Below, piece after piece: positions 52,031-64,000 of a stretch of DNA of 64,000 nucleotides. Numbering within the stretch: the stretch's first letter is position 1; each line of letters opens with the position of its first letter. The notes under the pieces were generated by a model. The model saw only the letters and a program-made list of their open reading frames with translations. It was not told the DNA's origin and searched no databases. Origin of the DNA: Camelus ferus (taxonomy: Eukaryota); NCBI RefSeq assembly GCF_009834535.1, contig NC_045697.1, positions 13,022,001 to 13,086,000 on the forward strand, read 5' to 3'. Both the position numbers and the translations under genes were made by a program.

Positions 52031-55000
52031 AATGAGTTTTGTTTTGTTTTGTTTTCATTTTGTCAATGGTGAATTTCATGACAAATCCCTTCTGGATCTT
52101 TCTGCAAGAATCAGTTCAGAATATCCTCCTTCTTTGTATATCCTTTCTCTAATGCTCAGCATTGATATTCTCACCTTTGTGAGTACATTTTTATTGCACT
52201 TATCAAAGTCTAAAATCTATTAGTTGTTTATAAGTTCATTGACCCTCCTGGAGGTCAGGAACCATATTTCATATGTATCCCTATCACAGAATCGAGGTTT
52301 GACAGTTGGATGGAGATAAACACTCTAAGGAAGCTGCTGATGAACAGAGAGAGTAGCTTCTTAACAGGACAGGTAACAAGAGACTTCTGATATTATATAT
52401 GCAGATATAAAATGAAACAAGATAAATCCCAGAAAGTTTGATTGCCAATCAGTGAGTAAGGCTATTGACTGTTCAGGTGAAAAATAACAGATAGGATCAG
52501 AATTTAAAAGACATCAAAGGAATAAATCTTGGGAGAAGATAGGAAGGAAAATCAAAGGAAGAGAAATGCTTTGGGCTTTTGCATCTGACAGGAGTGCAGG
52601 GCCATTTGGAAACACTAATGCCACATGAGGACAATTTATGCTGTTGCCAGAAAAGCTTGTTATCTTCTGCTCAGTGTGACCCATTGAAGTTGCAGGATTT
52701 TGGTAGCTGCCCATTTAGGGCAATCCATCATTTTCAACCCAGCTGCTCCATCCTTACTAGCAAAGTGGGTGGCAAATTGCAAAAGAAACAAATAGCTCAC
52801 TTGTGCAATGAGATACTTTTCCCCAAATGTTTCCTGAGATGACAATTTCTTTGGTGTATCAACCTGGCCCTTCCAGTGCTCATTAGAAGTGGGATGTAGA
52901 TATGTCAACAAACATTTCCAGAGTTTCTGGAAGCAATCAACATGAACTCTACAGGAGACATGGCTCTCTTCTTTTGTTCCAGAACTATGTGAACGAGCTG
53001 ATAGGCTCAATTATGTGACAGCAGAGAGAAGGAGGAAAGAAGATTGTCTGAAAGTCTTTTTTTGTGAGTTAACTGTGGTGAGTGTGTATATATAATCCCA
53101 CCATTAAGCTATATTGTGGTAGATTTCAGATTCCATGGTTCTAGTGATGACTGGTGAGACATTCAAAATGCGTACATAATCAAAACTTTATTTCAAGTCC
53201 AAATAACATGGTCCTAAATATTTAAAGCCCACAGGATGGTATAGTTCCAGGAGAGGATTTTGTCAACTCTTTGATTTGCATCCCCAAATCCTCTCACTTG
53301 TGCTTCATCCTAAACCTTGGAGTAGCTTTGTTCAAGGTTTGGAGACACCCTCACCCTCATCCCCACGGGTCATCTCTCACACTCAATCTCATTTCTTCAC
53401 CCTCTGCAAACTATCCAATTCTTTTAAAACATGCAGAAGCTTGCTTCTTCTTGAGTTCTTTGTCATTGTCCATAATTTTCTCTAGGAGATAAGGGTTGGG
53501 GTTTTGGATCCTGATAATGGAAAAATAATGCATCCTCTCAAAGTCTCATAGTAGCCTGAATTCCAGGTGGCAAAGTCTAATATGTTATCGGATGCTTTTC
53601 TTGATGAATACTAATTCACTTCAGCCTGTCTTCTGCCCTTTTTATGCTCAAAAATCCAAGACTATGTCCCCTTATGTTTTAAGCTCCTTTACCAAAGTCT
53701 CCCTTCTGCTACTTCTGGGGATGCTAAGGAGCCATCTATCCTGGATGTAAGCAATAAAGTTATGCATTATCTGTAGATATTTTAACATTATAATAAAACT
53801 TACTGAAAATCAGTGTGCTTTTCACTATTGCCCTGAGCCAGCAATTTTTAATGATGCAGTAATGAAATACTTGTCCCTACTGGAGCAGACCTGTCCCACT
53901 GCCCCCATCCTTACCCCCCACGCCACTATTGAAGAGTAAATGATTCCATTAAGAGTGAGACACGTCTGATTTGTTCCAAGTTGTGTAATCCACAGTACTT
54001 TGTATAACAGCTGCCATTTAGTAGATGATCATTAAGTATTTATTAAATTGAATGTTTACATGCGAAGGGAAGAAAACGTACAAAATAATTGAGGTTAAAC
54101 TATGTGATATGTTCAGAGATATATACAAAATTGATATCCTGATGCATAAAGTATAAGGAGGATCCAGGGCATAAAATGCTTATGAAAAATGAGGAATATA
54201 AATTGGGCTTGTCAAGGTAGATACTGTATAAAAAGGCAGTAAAGGGCTATGAGAAAGGAAGAGAGTGACTCATATTGAAGAAAGACACATTTATTCAATT
54301 ACTCAAACATAGTTTGAGCACTTTCTATACAATAGACATTTTATTTTTTTTGGCCCAGGAGATGTAAGATTTACAAGATACTGTTTGTTCCCACGTAAAT
54401 CACAGTCTAGAGGGAGAAGTAGAAAGCATTAATAGCAAAACTATAAAGGGTGTCCTTTATGTGCCTTCTAAATACTAAGTGTTTTCCAAATATTAAGTGT
54501 CCTGATAAGGCTGGAAGGCAAGTGTTATGATTATTAGCCTCTTATAAATGAGAAAACGGAAGGTCAGAGAGGCCCAGTCTCATACAATTTCAGGTGAGGC
54601 AGCTGGTTTGTGAGGCCAGGACCATCTGGGCCCACTGGGAAACGGAATGAGAAAAAAATATCAGTTTTGTTTGTCTGCAGTGTGAGGTTCACAGGGGAGT
54701 GGAGGGAGCATAAGACAGGAAAAGAAGGTTAGAGTCTTTCAACGGGATTCTGAAGACCCAAAATTACTGATGGAGTCCTGACAAAAAAAGAAAGCCATTT
54801 GTTAAAAAAAGAAAATGGGAAAATCAAAATCTAACATTTTGAGTCCTCCTACAAAATAAATTGGTATTTTTGGCATTTTCTCTTTATCCTTGATTTCCTT
54901 TAAATCCTGATTTACTGGTGTATAATGTAAAAATAGATGTCTAAATAATACCTGGCCTGGTTCCACGGAGATTGCTTGAGACCTCAAATTGTCTAGGCTC

Positions 55001-55125
55001 ATTAATATTATAAGATGTATTCCCACAGTTTCAAGTAGATTCACTCCTCAAACAGAAACTGTCTTTCAAAAAAGCAAAAATTATAACTTAAAAACAACAG
55101 AGTTATCCAAATAATCACTGCTGCA

Positions 55126-55235
55126 TATATAAAAATACACAAATACGTGTATATGTAAGTGTGTGTATATATATGTGAACACACACACACATATATACAC
55201 ATATCCATACACATATATACATACATATGTATGTA
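55126..55235. repeat. (TA/CA/TG) low-complexity tract
   Basis: Read directly. Confidence 0.85.
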
Positions 55236-57837
55236 TCACCTGCTTCACTTCACAATGAAATACGAAATGAACAGATCAAAAAGACGAAGAGCTGTATTTT
55301 ACCCTATGTCAAATAGTCCGAAATGCTATATATTTTAAGTGGATTTCTTAGTGTTTATATGTAACTAAAAGTTATTATAAATGCTTAGAGAATCTTAAGT
55401 ATACAGCCATACCAACAGTCTTTTCAAGAGGGTTGTATATGGAACCCATTAGTGAATTGCTTTCAAATATTCAAAATGCTGTTGTATTTGAGTCTCAGTG
55501 AGGAGGATTTGAGAATATTTGAGTTTACTCCTGAGGTATCTCCTTTATTTTCACTGGTATTTGATGTTTCATTCTCTGGGGTGTTGCAGGAAGAAGGGGT
55601 AGTTTAAAAAGGCCCAACAGAAGCAGGCCTGTTTTATGTTAAAAAGGCAAGTCAGTTTTGGACTTGTGTTGCTGTCTGTGTTTCATCCTGGGGCTTTAGG
55701 GATGAGAACAATTTCAGGGCACTCTGCTGTTCTCTGTGCTGGGGTCACAGAAGACCTGCGAGTCAGAACTTCTGGGCTCCAGCAGTCTCACAGCAAATCT
55801 GATTAATCTTTACAAATTACCAGATAAATTGGATCATACTTTTAATAGATTATTTTAGGGTTTTTATATCATTTAGTAGATTGACTTCATTTTGGAAACA
55901 AACTCAAGCCCCTCTCCTATTTTATATTGGAGCTCAGATACCACTAAGAAAAACTGGATGCCAAAAAAGGTAATTACTTCGTTTTTAATGAATTGATGAT
56001 TTCTTCTGCCTTATATGCCTAACTTGAAACGGACTTTATTCTTCTCAGTTCAAATAATGTCCATGGGTATATGTTTATCATAATAAAGAATATATCAACA
56101 AAATTTTAATCACTAGATAACTCAGAGTAATTATTTTAGAGAATATCTACCAAAGTTATAGATGCATTCTCCCATCTGGAATAGTGAGAAACTGAAATTT
56201 GAATAATCGGTAACTTCTCTGTCTTATCCCTGAGTACTCTTTATTTCCCATGCATGATCAGTTTGGCATCTGCAATGCTTTTCAATAAAATCCACTTCTG
56301 AGTTAAATGTAACAGAACCATTCTTCTATGAACACTTGTAAATAAATTTCCCAGGTGTCTTAACCAGGACTCCTATTGTTGTCATTTGGATCAAATTCAG
56401 TCTAAACTGCATGAACACACACACACGCAGACACAATTATCTGATAAATAAAAGTTTTAAAAAAAGAAAAGGTAAGTGAAATTTTTAGCTCAATTAACCA
56501 AACCTTAGGAAAGCGGAAGTCTCATTCATGAGTAGAAGCTGTGTTGTCTTTCTCCTTTTGTCCACTCAGATTCTCTATCCATCCTTTCCACTTTGAGAGC
56601 CTGCAAGTTCGGTAGGTCCTTGATTGGCCCATCATGAGTTCTGTACACTTCCCTACACCAATCACTTAAGCCAGGTTGGTAAGAGCACATAAGAGGCTGG
56701 CAGCTCCTGTGGGATAATTTTCAAATTAGGGAGGGAAGAATGAGTTTTCCAAAAGAAGAGAGAGAAATAAAAACATTACCAACCAGGATAGAAATTCTGT
56801 GCTGGGAGCCATCTCAGTTTGGATCTTCCAATATGGGAAATTAATTGCATGAAATGGGTGTTCTTGGACTATTTGTCTCCTCCAGAAATCACTTAAAATT
56901 TAATATCTTATTGTTTGCTCTTCAGTTTTTGAGTGTAGGGGCAGGCAATCTTCACGAAAAGGAGATTACATGGTTCTTACCCATAGCTGTTGTGAGGCAT
57001 CAAGGTCAAACCGCTGGGTTGTCTTCCAACACAAACATGCCGACCTGTGCAATGATGCTATTTGTTAGTATGTGGTGGTGACTCACTAAGCAAAACGAAC
57101 AAAAGCATTCATACCTGTGAAGTTATCAGGTCAATCAGTTCTGAAGAGTATCCACAGCAAACCAAACTTAAATAGATCTGGCTCAAAGATCTTAGGTGTA
57201 AGATCAGATGAAGCAGAATAAGTAGGAGTCAGGCCACTAAGTCATTCCAGAGGCAGCCAGAGGTCAGCTGCCTCTGAATTATAATTCACAGCCAGTATCA
57301 CTGATGGTGGATGCCTGAGGCTGAGGAGGAGGTTTGTGTTCTAGGCAGCTAATGGTGCAGCTTAGAGAATAGGGTGATCTACTGAGTTTGTCAAAATACA
57401 CGTTTAATCAATATGCATAGGTCAGTGGAGAGAGAGATTTTATATGAAAGTCCAAATTCTCTGTAGCTCAATCCCAAACTGTATATGCTTAGCTCATTTT
57501 CTCTAGTTCCTTAATTGTTGTCTCTTTTTGTCCTAAGACATGCGTTTGTCTCCTTGGGTCATTCTAAAATATGCTGCTCCCTTCCCGTAAAATATGGAAA
57601 AAGACTCATCTGAGCCGCACCAGCTTTATTATTCTATACCTGTTACAATTTTTCATCATAGTCTTTATTTCATCAATTTGACCATAAGTGCCTTGTCCAC
57701 CCTGTCCTTCTGGTGTTGTTTCTCATGAACCCACCTCAGACCCTCTTTTCCAAGACAATCTCCAGCCCTCGCACCAGTGCTCACAGACAAATCTCCTGTG
57801 ACCCACTGAGGTTTTACTCACTGTCCTTATTTCCTTG

Positions 57838-58252
57838 AGTGGCAGAGACCAATTGTATGTCAAACTCATTTCCTTTCCTTTCCTGGAAGCACAGTTAGTC
57901 TGCTTCTCTCAGTCTCCCTTGCAGGAAAGTGTGGCCACTGAGTAAATTCTGGCCAATGAAATTTGAGTAAGACTAGCGTTCCGCACTCTCAGAACTGTCC
58001 TGTCCAAACCTCCCATAATCCTGTGCATGAGCCTGTCTTTTCCCAGCCACCAAATCAATGGAGAGTCCATTGAGGGTCATCCCAGAAGGAGACAAAGCCG
58101 CAGATGGAAGAAGGGCTGGTCCTAGGGTAATTCTGTATGTGGCCAGAAGTACCCACCTTATATTGTGACAGGAAAACCAAACAAATCTTTTTTAAGTCAC
58201 TGAGAAATATTTAGGGGTTTACCTGTTATTCAAACAAGTGTTATTCTGACTG
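57838..58252 (+). mobile_element. MLT1I/J-like MaLR LTR
   Basis: gtggcagagacc...cagtctcccttgcaggaaagtgtggccactgagtaaattctggccaatgaaatttgagt...gccgcagatggaagaagggctgg...taagtcactgagaaatatttaggggtt. Confidence 0.75.
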
Positions 58253-58722
58253 GCAAATGTCTTCCTCTGTCTTTAGTCAGCATCACCCAGAAAGAGTTGA
58301 TTCTTCTCATCGCCAGTGCCTGGTGATTTATTCATTGAATTTCCTCTTCAGCTCTCAGGCTTCTCATTAGTCCAATGTCAGGGCTTACGGAGTCAGTATA
58401 CAGAGTATACAGTAACTTCTCAAGGGTCAATGCCTTCTTTCTTTCATATGTGTGATGGTACCTATAAAGAAAGGCACGGAGCCTATACTATAGAGGTGCT
58501 TATTGGATTTAGAAATCCACAAGAAAAATGTTGGAGACTTCATGTCCTCCCCAACCAAGAGAGGTCCATGGAACAAGTAAATCAGGACAAATGTGTTGCA
58601 TCTGCACATTTACCAAATACCACTCAAAACTCACACCAATTTTGAAAGTGTGTTTTAGATACTAACAATCAGAGCCAGGCTTGCTGATTATTTAACCATT
58701 GCTCTCAGCCTCGCTTCCTTAG

Positions 58723-59410
58723 TTTTTTAAAGAGAACTTTTTTCTTTTTTAGGGCAGATTAAGTTCATAGCAAAATTGGGTGGTAGGTGCAGAGATTTCT
58801 CATACAATCCTAATTTTTTATATGTACAGCCTTCTCCACTACTGACATCCCTCACCAAAGTGGTATTTTTTTTTTAAATGAAGAACCTACACTGACACAG
58901 CTTTATCACCCAAAGTCTATAGTTTACCTTCGGGTTCATTCTTGGTGCATTCTATGGGTTTTGAGAAATACCAAATGGCAGGTAGCTACTATATTAGGGC
59001 CACACAGAGTAGTTTCACTGCTTTAAAACTCATTTGCAATCTACTAATTCATTACTCTTACCCTCCCTCCCAACTTCTGGCAACCACTGAACTTTTTACC
59101 ATCTTTATAGTTTTGCCGTTTCCACCATGTCATGTAATTGGAACCATACAGGATGTAATCTTTTCAGCGTGGCTTCAATTTTTTAGTAATAGTCATTTAA
59201 ATTTCCTTAATGTCTTTTCATAGTTTGATAGCTCATTTCTTTTTTAGCACTGAACCATTGTCTGGATGTACCACAGTTTTTTTTATCCGTTTACCTACTG
59301 AAAGGCATCTTGGTTGCTTCTGAGTTTTGGAAATTTTGAATAAAGCTGCCAGAAACATCTGTGTGAGTATAAGTTTTGCAGTCATTTAAATAAAAACTAA
59401 GGAGTGTGGC
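58723..59410 (-). mobile_element. L1MC-like 3' end
   Basis: agggcagattaagttcatagcaaaattg...gaacctacactgacac...atcacccaaagtctatagtttac...ctggcaaccactgaactttttacc...ggatgtaccacagttt. Confidence 0.85.
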
Positions 59411-61356
59411 CTCCTAATTTTTGTTACTGAACTGTCTTAACCCCATCACTGTTTTCAGTGGTAGTGGGACTAGGGTAAGCAGTTTTCCATTTTCTTTTCT
59501 CCAAATGGCAAACTCACACATGAAAACCCAAAGAACTTTCAGTTAGCTTTTCTCTTGCATTTCAAGAGTCTTATTTCCCAAAAATAAGGTCATGAGGAAG
59601 TTAAAGAAGTTGGATGTGCTACCTCAAGTCCAGAACACTCACTCCTGTGTGTCTCTGCACAAAAGCAGGATTTTGTTGGCCATGGCTCTGTATAACCCCA
59701 TAAAGATATCCCTTTACAAGGTCTGACTTCCAACCTCTTTTTCAATTACTCATTTCCCTTGATTTCTACTTCTTTTTGGTCCCTCAGCTGGGGCTTTTCA
59801 CCTTTCCTTCTTTTTATGGTTCTGAAATCTTCATCCTCCTACACAGAGAAATCCTCTTTTAGGATTTATGCTGCTGAGGAAAGGTGCGGTAGGAAGTCCA
59901 GCTCACGATGATGGAGGATTAAAACTGGCTAAGAGATGATTTGTCCATGGGTTACAACTTAGCCTTTCTTTCTTACTAATCCTGATATCTTAAAATAACA
60001 ACAACAGAAAATTTTCAGATGAGGACTACAATCTCAATAACAATTTTTAGTCCTTTAATATTAAAAGTGTATCTGTCTCCTTTCTAAACATTAATTGCAT
60101 TATGTAGCTGCTTTCAGAGCCTCGTCTTTAATTCTGGAATCATGTTTCTTTTTCCTCTCTGCAGCATGTGATGGAAAAGGCCACCCCACACAAATTAATA
60201 TTGAGAATGCTTAGACTGCATTGTTTTTTCTTGTTTGATATCACATTTGGTACCGACTATAATTTGTCTAAAGGTGTTAAAATCAGAGCGTAAGAGGATT
60301 CCTGTATCTCACATGTCACATCAATCAGCTTCAATTTAGCAGAAAACAATATCTTGAAAAAAAAATAATACAGAAAGGAGGATGACAAGTACCATGTTCC
60401 CATCACTTTCCTCTGCTGGGATCTTAAGTCTTCAGTCCCTCACTCACCATGCTTCCTTCGCAATGAGCATCTTCAGTGCTGTAGTATTGTGAGTCTTTTG
60501 CCTCCAGCCCTCCTATTCTCTGCCTAACTGGAGATACCTTTTCAGCTTTTGTGGATCAGCCTTGGGACAATGTCCAGTCAATAGAATTGCCTGACCATCT
60601 TCACACTCCACTCTGACTCTCCTAGAACTCATTCTCTTTCACCAGGGTTACAACTCCTGGGATCAACAGTCACATAGAATCCTCTGACTGAATCCTCCTG
60701 GGAGCAGACTGCCCTCTCCTGTGTGTCCCCCAAGATCTGCTTTTCACCATGAAAGCCTGAAAACCAGGGCCTGTACCCTGAAATGAATTGTTCAACAATC
60801 TCTGGTAAAACCAGAAAAAATGAGGAAAACTGTGATTTTTTTTTAATAAAGCCCCATACATCAGTTTAAGAATCTGACTTTATTCTGACAGCATGATATT
60901 AAATTGCTTTATATTTTATGAAAATGCAACTGTAATTGGATTTTCTCAGTGTCTGCATTTGGCAAAATCAAAAGTTAGCAATCAAATCTGAGTTTTCAAG
61001 TTAAAGTAAATAAATACACACTGCTTTATAAAATTCACATATCTGCCACAGCACCTGTCCATACTTATGACAAATGCTTTTTTACATAAATGGGTGTCTC
61101 TGTAGACTCCAGGCCCTGTGACAGTAGAAGTCATACCTTATTCATCTAGACACCAGGATCTAATACAGCGTATGTTTAAGGAATATTCTCTGCAGAAGGA
61201 TGGAGGGAAGAAAAGTAACAAAAAGGTAAGAAGAGTATTAGAAATATTTTCTTTTAATCTTCTTCTGGGCATAATTTTAAGAAATGTGAAAGACTTCTCC
61301 CCCAAAACAATATGGTACTTCAAGACATCAATATCTGTCTATAATAAGAATTTCAG

Positions 61357-61461
61357 ATATGAAAATGAATATATGTATGTATATGCATGACTGGGACATT
61401 GTGTTGCACACCAGAGACTGACACATTGTAATTAACTGTACTTCAACTGAAATAAAAAAAA
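61357..61461 (+). mobile_element. ~105-bp L1 3' tip with poly(A) and TSD
   Basis: atatgaaaatgaatatatgtatgtatatgcatgactgggacattgtgttgcacaccagag...; TSD aataagaatttcag (61343-61356) / aatcagaatttcag (61462-61475). Confidence 0.92.
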
Positions 61462-61568
61462 AATCAGAATTTCAGTCTTTTATGTCTGCTTGCTACTATC
61501 TAGATATATAAATGCATATAAAGTATATATATAAAAAGAAGTAGTTTATTTCATAAAGTAAAACTACA

Positions 61569-61672
61569 CTTAGAATGAAGATCTCTAGGTCCATCCACGT
61601 TGCTGCAAATTGCATTTTATTCTTTTTAATGGCAGAGATAGACACATTGTAATTGACTGTACTTCAAAAAAA
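61569..61672 (+). mobile_element. Short 5'-inverted L1 with a deletion at the inversion junction
   Basis: Antisense ORF2-end piece cttagaatgaagatctctaggtccatccacgttgctgcaaat...ggc (cf. 20374-20440), then sense tip agagatagacacattgtaattgactgtacttc and poly(A); TSD aaaactaca (61560-61568 / 61673-61681). Confidence 0.88.
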
Positions 61673-63479
61673 AAAACTACATGTGTATAAGGGAGAGAAT
61701 ACTTTGTACCTAGGAAACACAATTTTTAAAATAAAGTAACAGTTCATTCTTAATGATAGCTATGAAACTTACTAATTTTTAAACAAGTGTTGCCTCATTT
61801 GATCCTCAGAAGAGTTAATGAGTTTAGTATGAAATCCCCTCCCCAGATGGAAGGATCGGAGAGCCCCATTTATGAAGTGACAGCGTGGAAACTTAGAGCT
61901 GTGTATTCTACCCTCAAGCCTAGTATTGTGTTTTGTTTTATCTTCCGGTAACAGTGCCACACTAAGCAGGGACACAGTGGGAACAGAGCAGTCTCTTTTG
62001 TCTCCTATGTTCCCCTCCTTTGTGTCTGTACAGTCCCCTTCGAGCACTTGAGAAGGGACATTTCATCCCTGATATTGTTTAGATTTGTCAGTGTATGCTG
62101 ATAATAAAAAGGAAGCTGCTTTCTAGTATTACTGTTTTTCAGTTCTGGAGAGATAATGCGTCATTCCCCATTTCCTGCACCCTGGGAGGCAATCAGTGCC
62201 TCACCATTGGTACACTCATGTGCCTCAGCCAGACAAAGTCAATTGTTATGGCAAATACCCAAAAATATCAAGTGATACATATATTTTTGCACAATAACAG
62301 TTTATCTGTCACAGCACAGTGTAATATAGGTCTTTAAGGGCTCCGTTTCATGCCGTCTTTTAGAAATCCAAGCTCTTTTATCCTGTACCCCTGTACCCTT
62401 TAAATCTTACTCTGTTCAGCCTGGGAATGGTGAAAGAGAGCATGACGATTTCAAGGGTCAGGCTGGTGAGTGACGTCTATCAGTTCTGCTCAGGAAGAGG
62501 ACATAAAGCAAGCTGGGAGATGTGGACTACATGTCTACCTGGGGGTAGGAGGGGCAGTGGGTTCTTGTGAGCATACAATGTCTCTACTACACCCTGTGTC
62601 CAGGATTTCTTCTCCCCAGGGCAAGGCTTACAAATAGGTAGGTCCCTGGCCTTGCTGAATACCAATTAATCATGTATTTGGCATAAATTTTTAGAAGCCA
62701 TTATTGAAGTATTAGCACTATTTTTCTGGCATTTCCAATGCTAACTCACTTGAATTATCATCATCAGAAAAAAAAATCAAGTTACTTTTTAGTCATTTTA
62801 TAGTTTATAAATAATTTTCACATCAGTCTTCTTATTCTAGCTTAACCATTACCTTATGGATGGTCGCAATCTATTTCTCTCCCTGTTTTATACGTGAATC
62901 GCTGCCACTCAGGAAGGTTAATGGCTTGTACCCCTCATCTAGAAGCTGACAAGTCCTCTAAAAACATTTGCAATTCTGTAAGGGAGAACTGTGCCAGGCA
63001 CTTTCCATTTACCCAACCAATATTTATTCACCCAGTTTCTTTAATAAAAATAATTCTCATTTCATTCATACTTGCAGCAAATGGTAATTATGGTATAATT
63101 CAGGACAATGACATATAAGTAGAGTTTCTTCTTAAAAGGGGTAGGGTAGAACTGATTCTGCCTTCTCTTTTCTTCTTATAGTGAGCAAAGACTGCCAGAC
63201 CAGCTGATCTGATTCTGTGCAGGAAGGGATGTTGGAATATGAGGCAGATGTCCCCTGGTCTCTAGGCCAGGGCTGATACTGCCAGGCACAGGAAGAAATC
63301 TGTACTCTCCCCACCTTCCACATACACAGCACTCATAAAAGAGCCAGAGCTGGGGGTTGTCAGGGCTCTGCTTACTCGCCTCGGTGTCCACTCCCTCCTG
63401 CTCTCAGAGCAATGGATTTTAATTTGCTGCTCTCTCCCTTATGGGAGTCTCAAAGAACTCTGCAAGCATTGGGCTTATT

Positions 63480-63700
63480 CGTCTTCATAACATCTCTGAA
63501 CACCCCTGTGAAGTTACCAAAGGGCAAAGGAAAGAGCAGCAATAATTATTCTTATTTCACAGACAGGGGAGATTGTGACAGGAAAGTGATTCAATTAAGT
63601 TCTCAAATGAGTTGTGGAAAAAGACAGAAAAAAAGACCTAGATCTCCGGAAAAAAAAAAAAAATCCATTCCTCATCCCCTGGACCACTATTTTGCTTTTA
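63480..63700 (-). mobile_element. MIR
   Basis: aacacccctgtgaag...attattcttatttcacagacagggggagattgtgacaggaaagtgattcaattaagttctcaa. Confidence 0.55.
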
Positions 63701-64000
63701 TAACTTCCTCACTAAGGTTTTTAAAAAAAAAAAAAATGGTCTGGGCTTTCCAGCAGGTGAGTCAGGGGCATCAGATATGCAGGCTACACTCATTTACATG
63801 TATCTGCCTGTGTCCAGTGTCACTGTCTTTAAGGGGAAGCTTGGGGAAAATACATCCGGAGGTCGATGAGGCCAGAATAAGCCAACCCAATAGGAAATTG
63901 AAACTGAAATGTAAGCAGGGCTTACAGACCTCAGTTTCTCCATGTAGACATTATTGGGTAATAATATATTTTTTGATGGGTGGAATTTTTCTCTTTGCAA

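Overview
AT-rich, CpG-depleted mammalian non-coding DNA (intergenic or deep intronic). I find no supportable protein-coding gene, tRNA, rRNA or CRISPR array; the long ORFs are L1/L2 remnants, low-complexity repeats or chance. Much of the window is decayed transposable elements: ancient eutherian MIR, L2, hAT MITEs (MER5/20/58/3/102), MaLR/ERVL LTRs and HAL1/L1M, plus younger L1s. The young L1 3' ends resemble camelid L1s, and I see no Alu, Bov-tA, PRE-1 or Can-SINE, so a camelid genome is my tentative inference. The most notable signals are retrotransposition and repair scars read directly from the sequence: a 35-nt U2 snRNA retropseudogene with a TSD; four 5'-inverted (twin-primed) L1s, one only ~65 bp; an L1 made of a 5'UTR fused to a 3' end, sitting inside a HAL1; a young L1 with a probable short 3' transduction; and a 38-bp locally templated insertion flanked by a 9-bp duplication. 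There is also a dense MEIS/TGIF plus homeodomain motif cluster at ~40.6 kb (candidate enhancer). Repeat family names come from recalled consensus sequences, not a database search, and boundaries of old elements are approximate. I see no convincing new multi-gene system.
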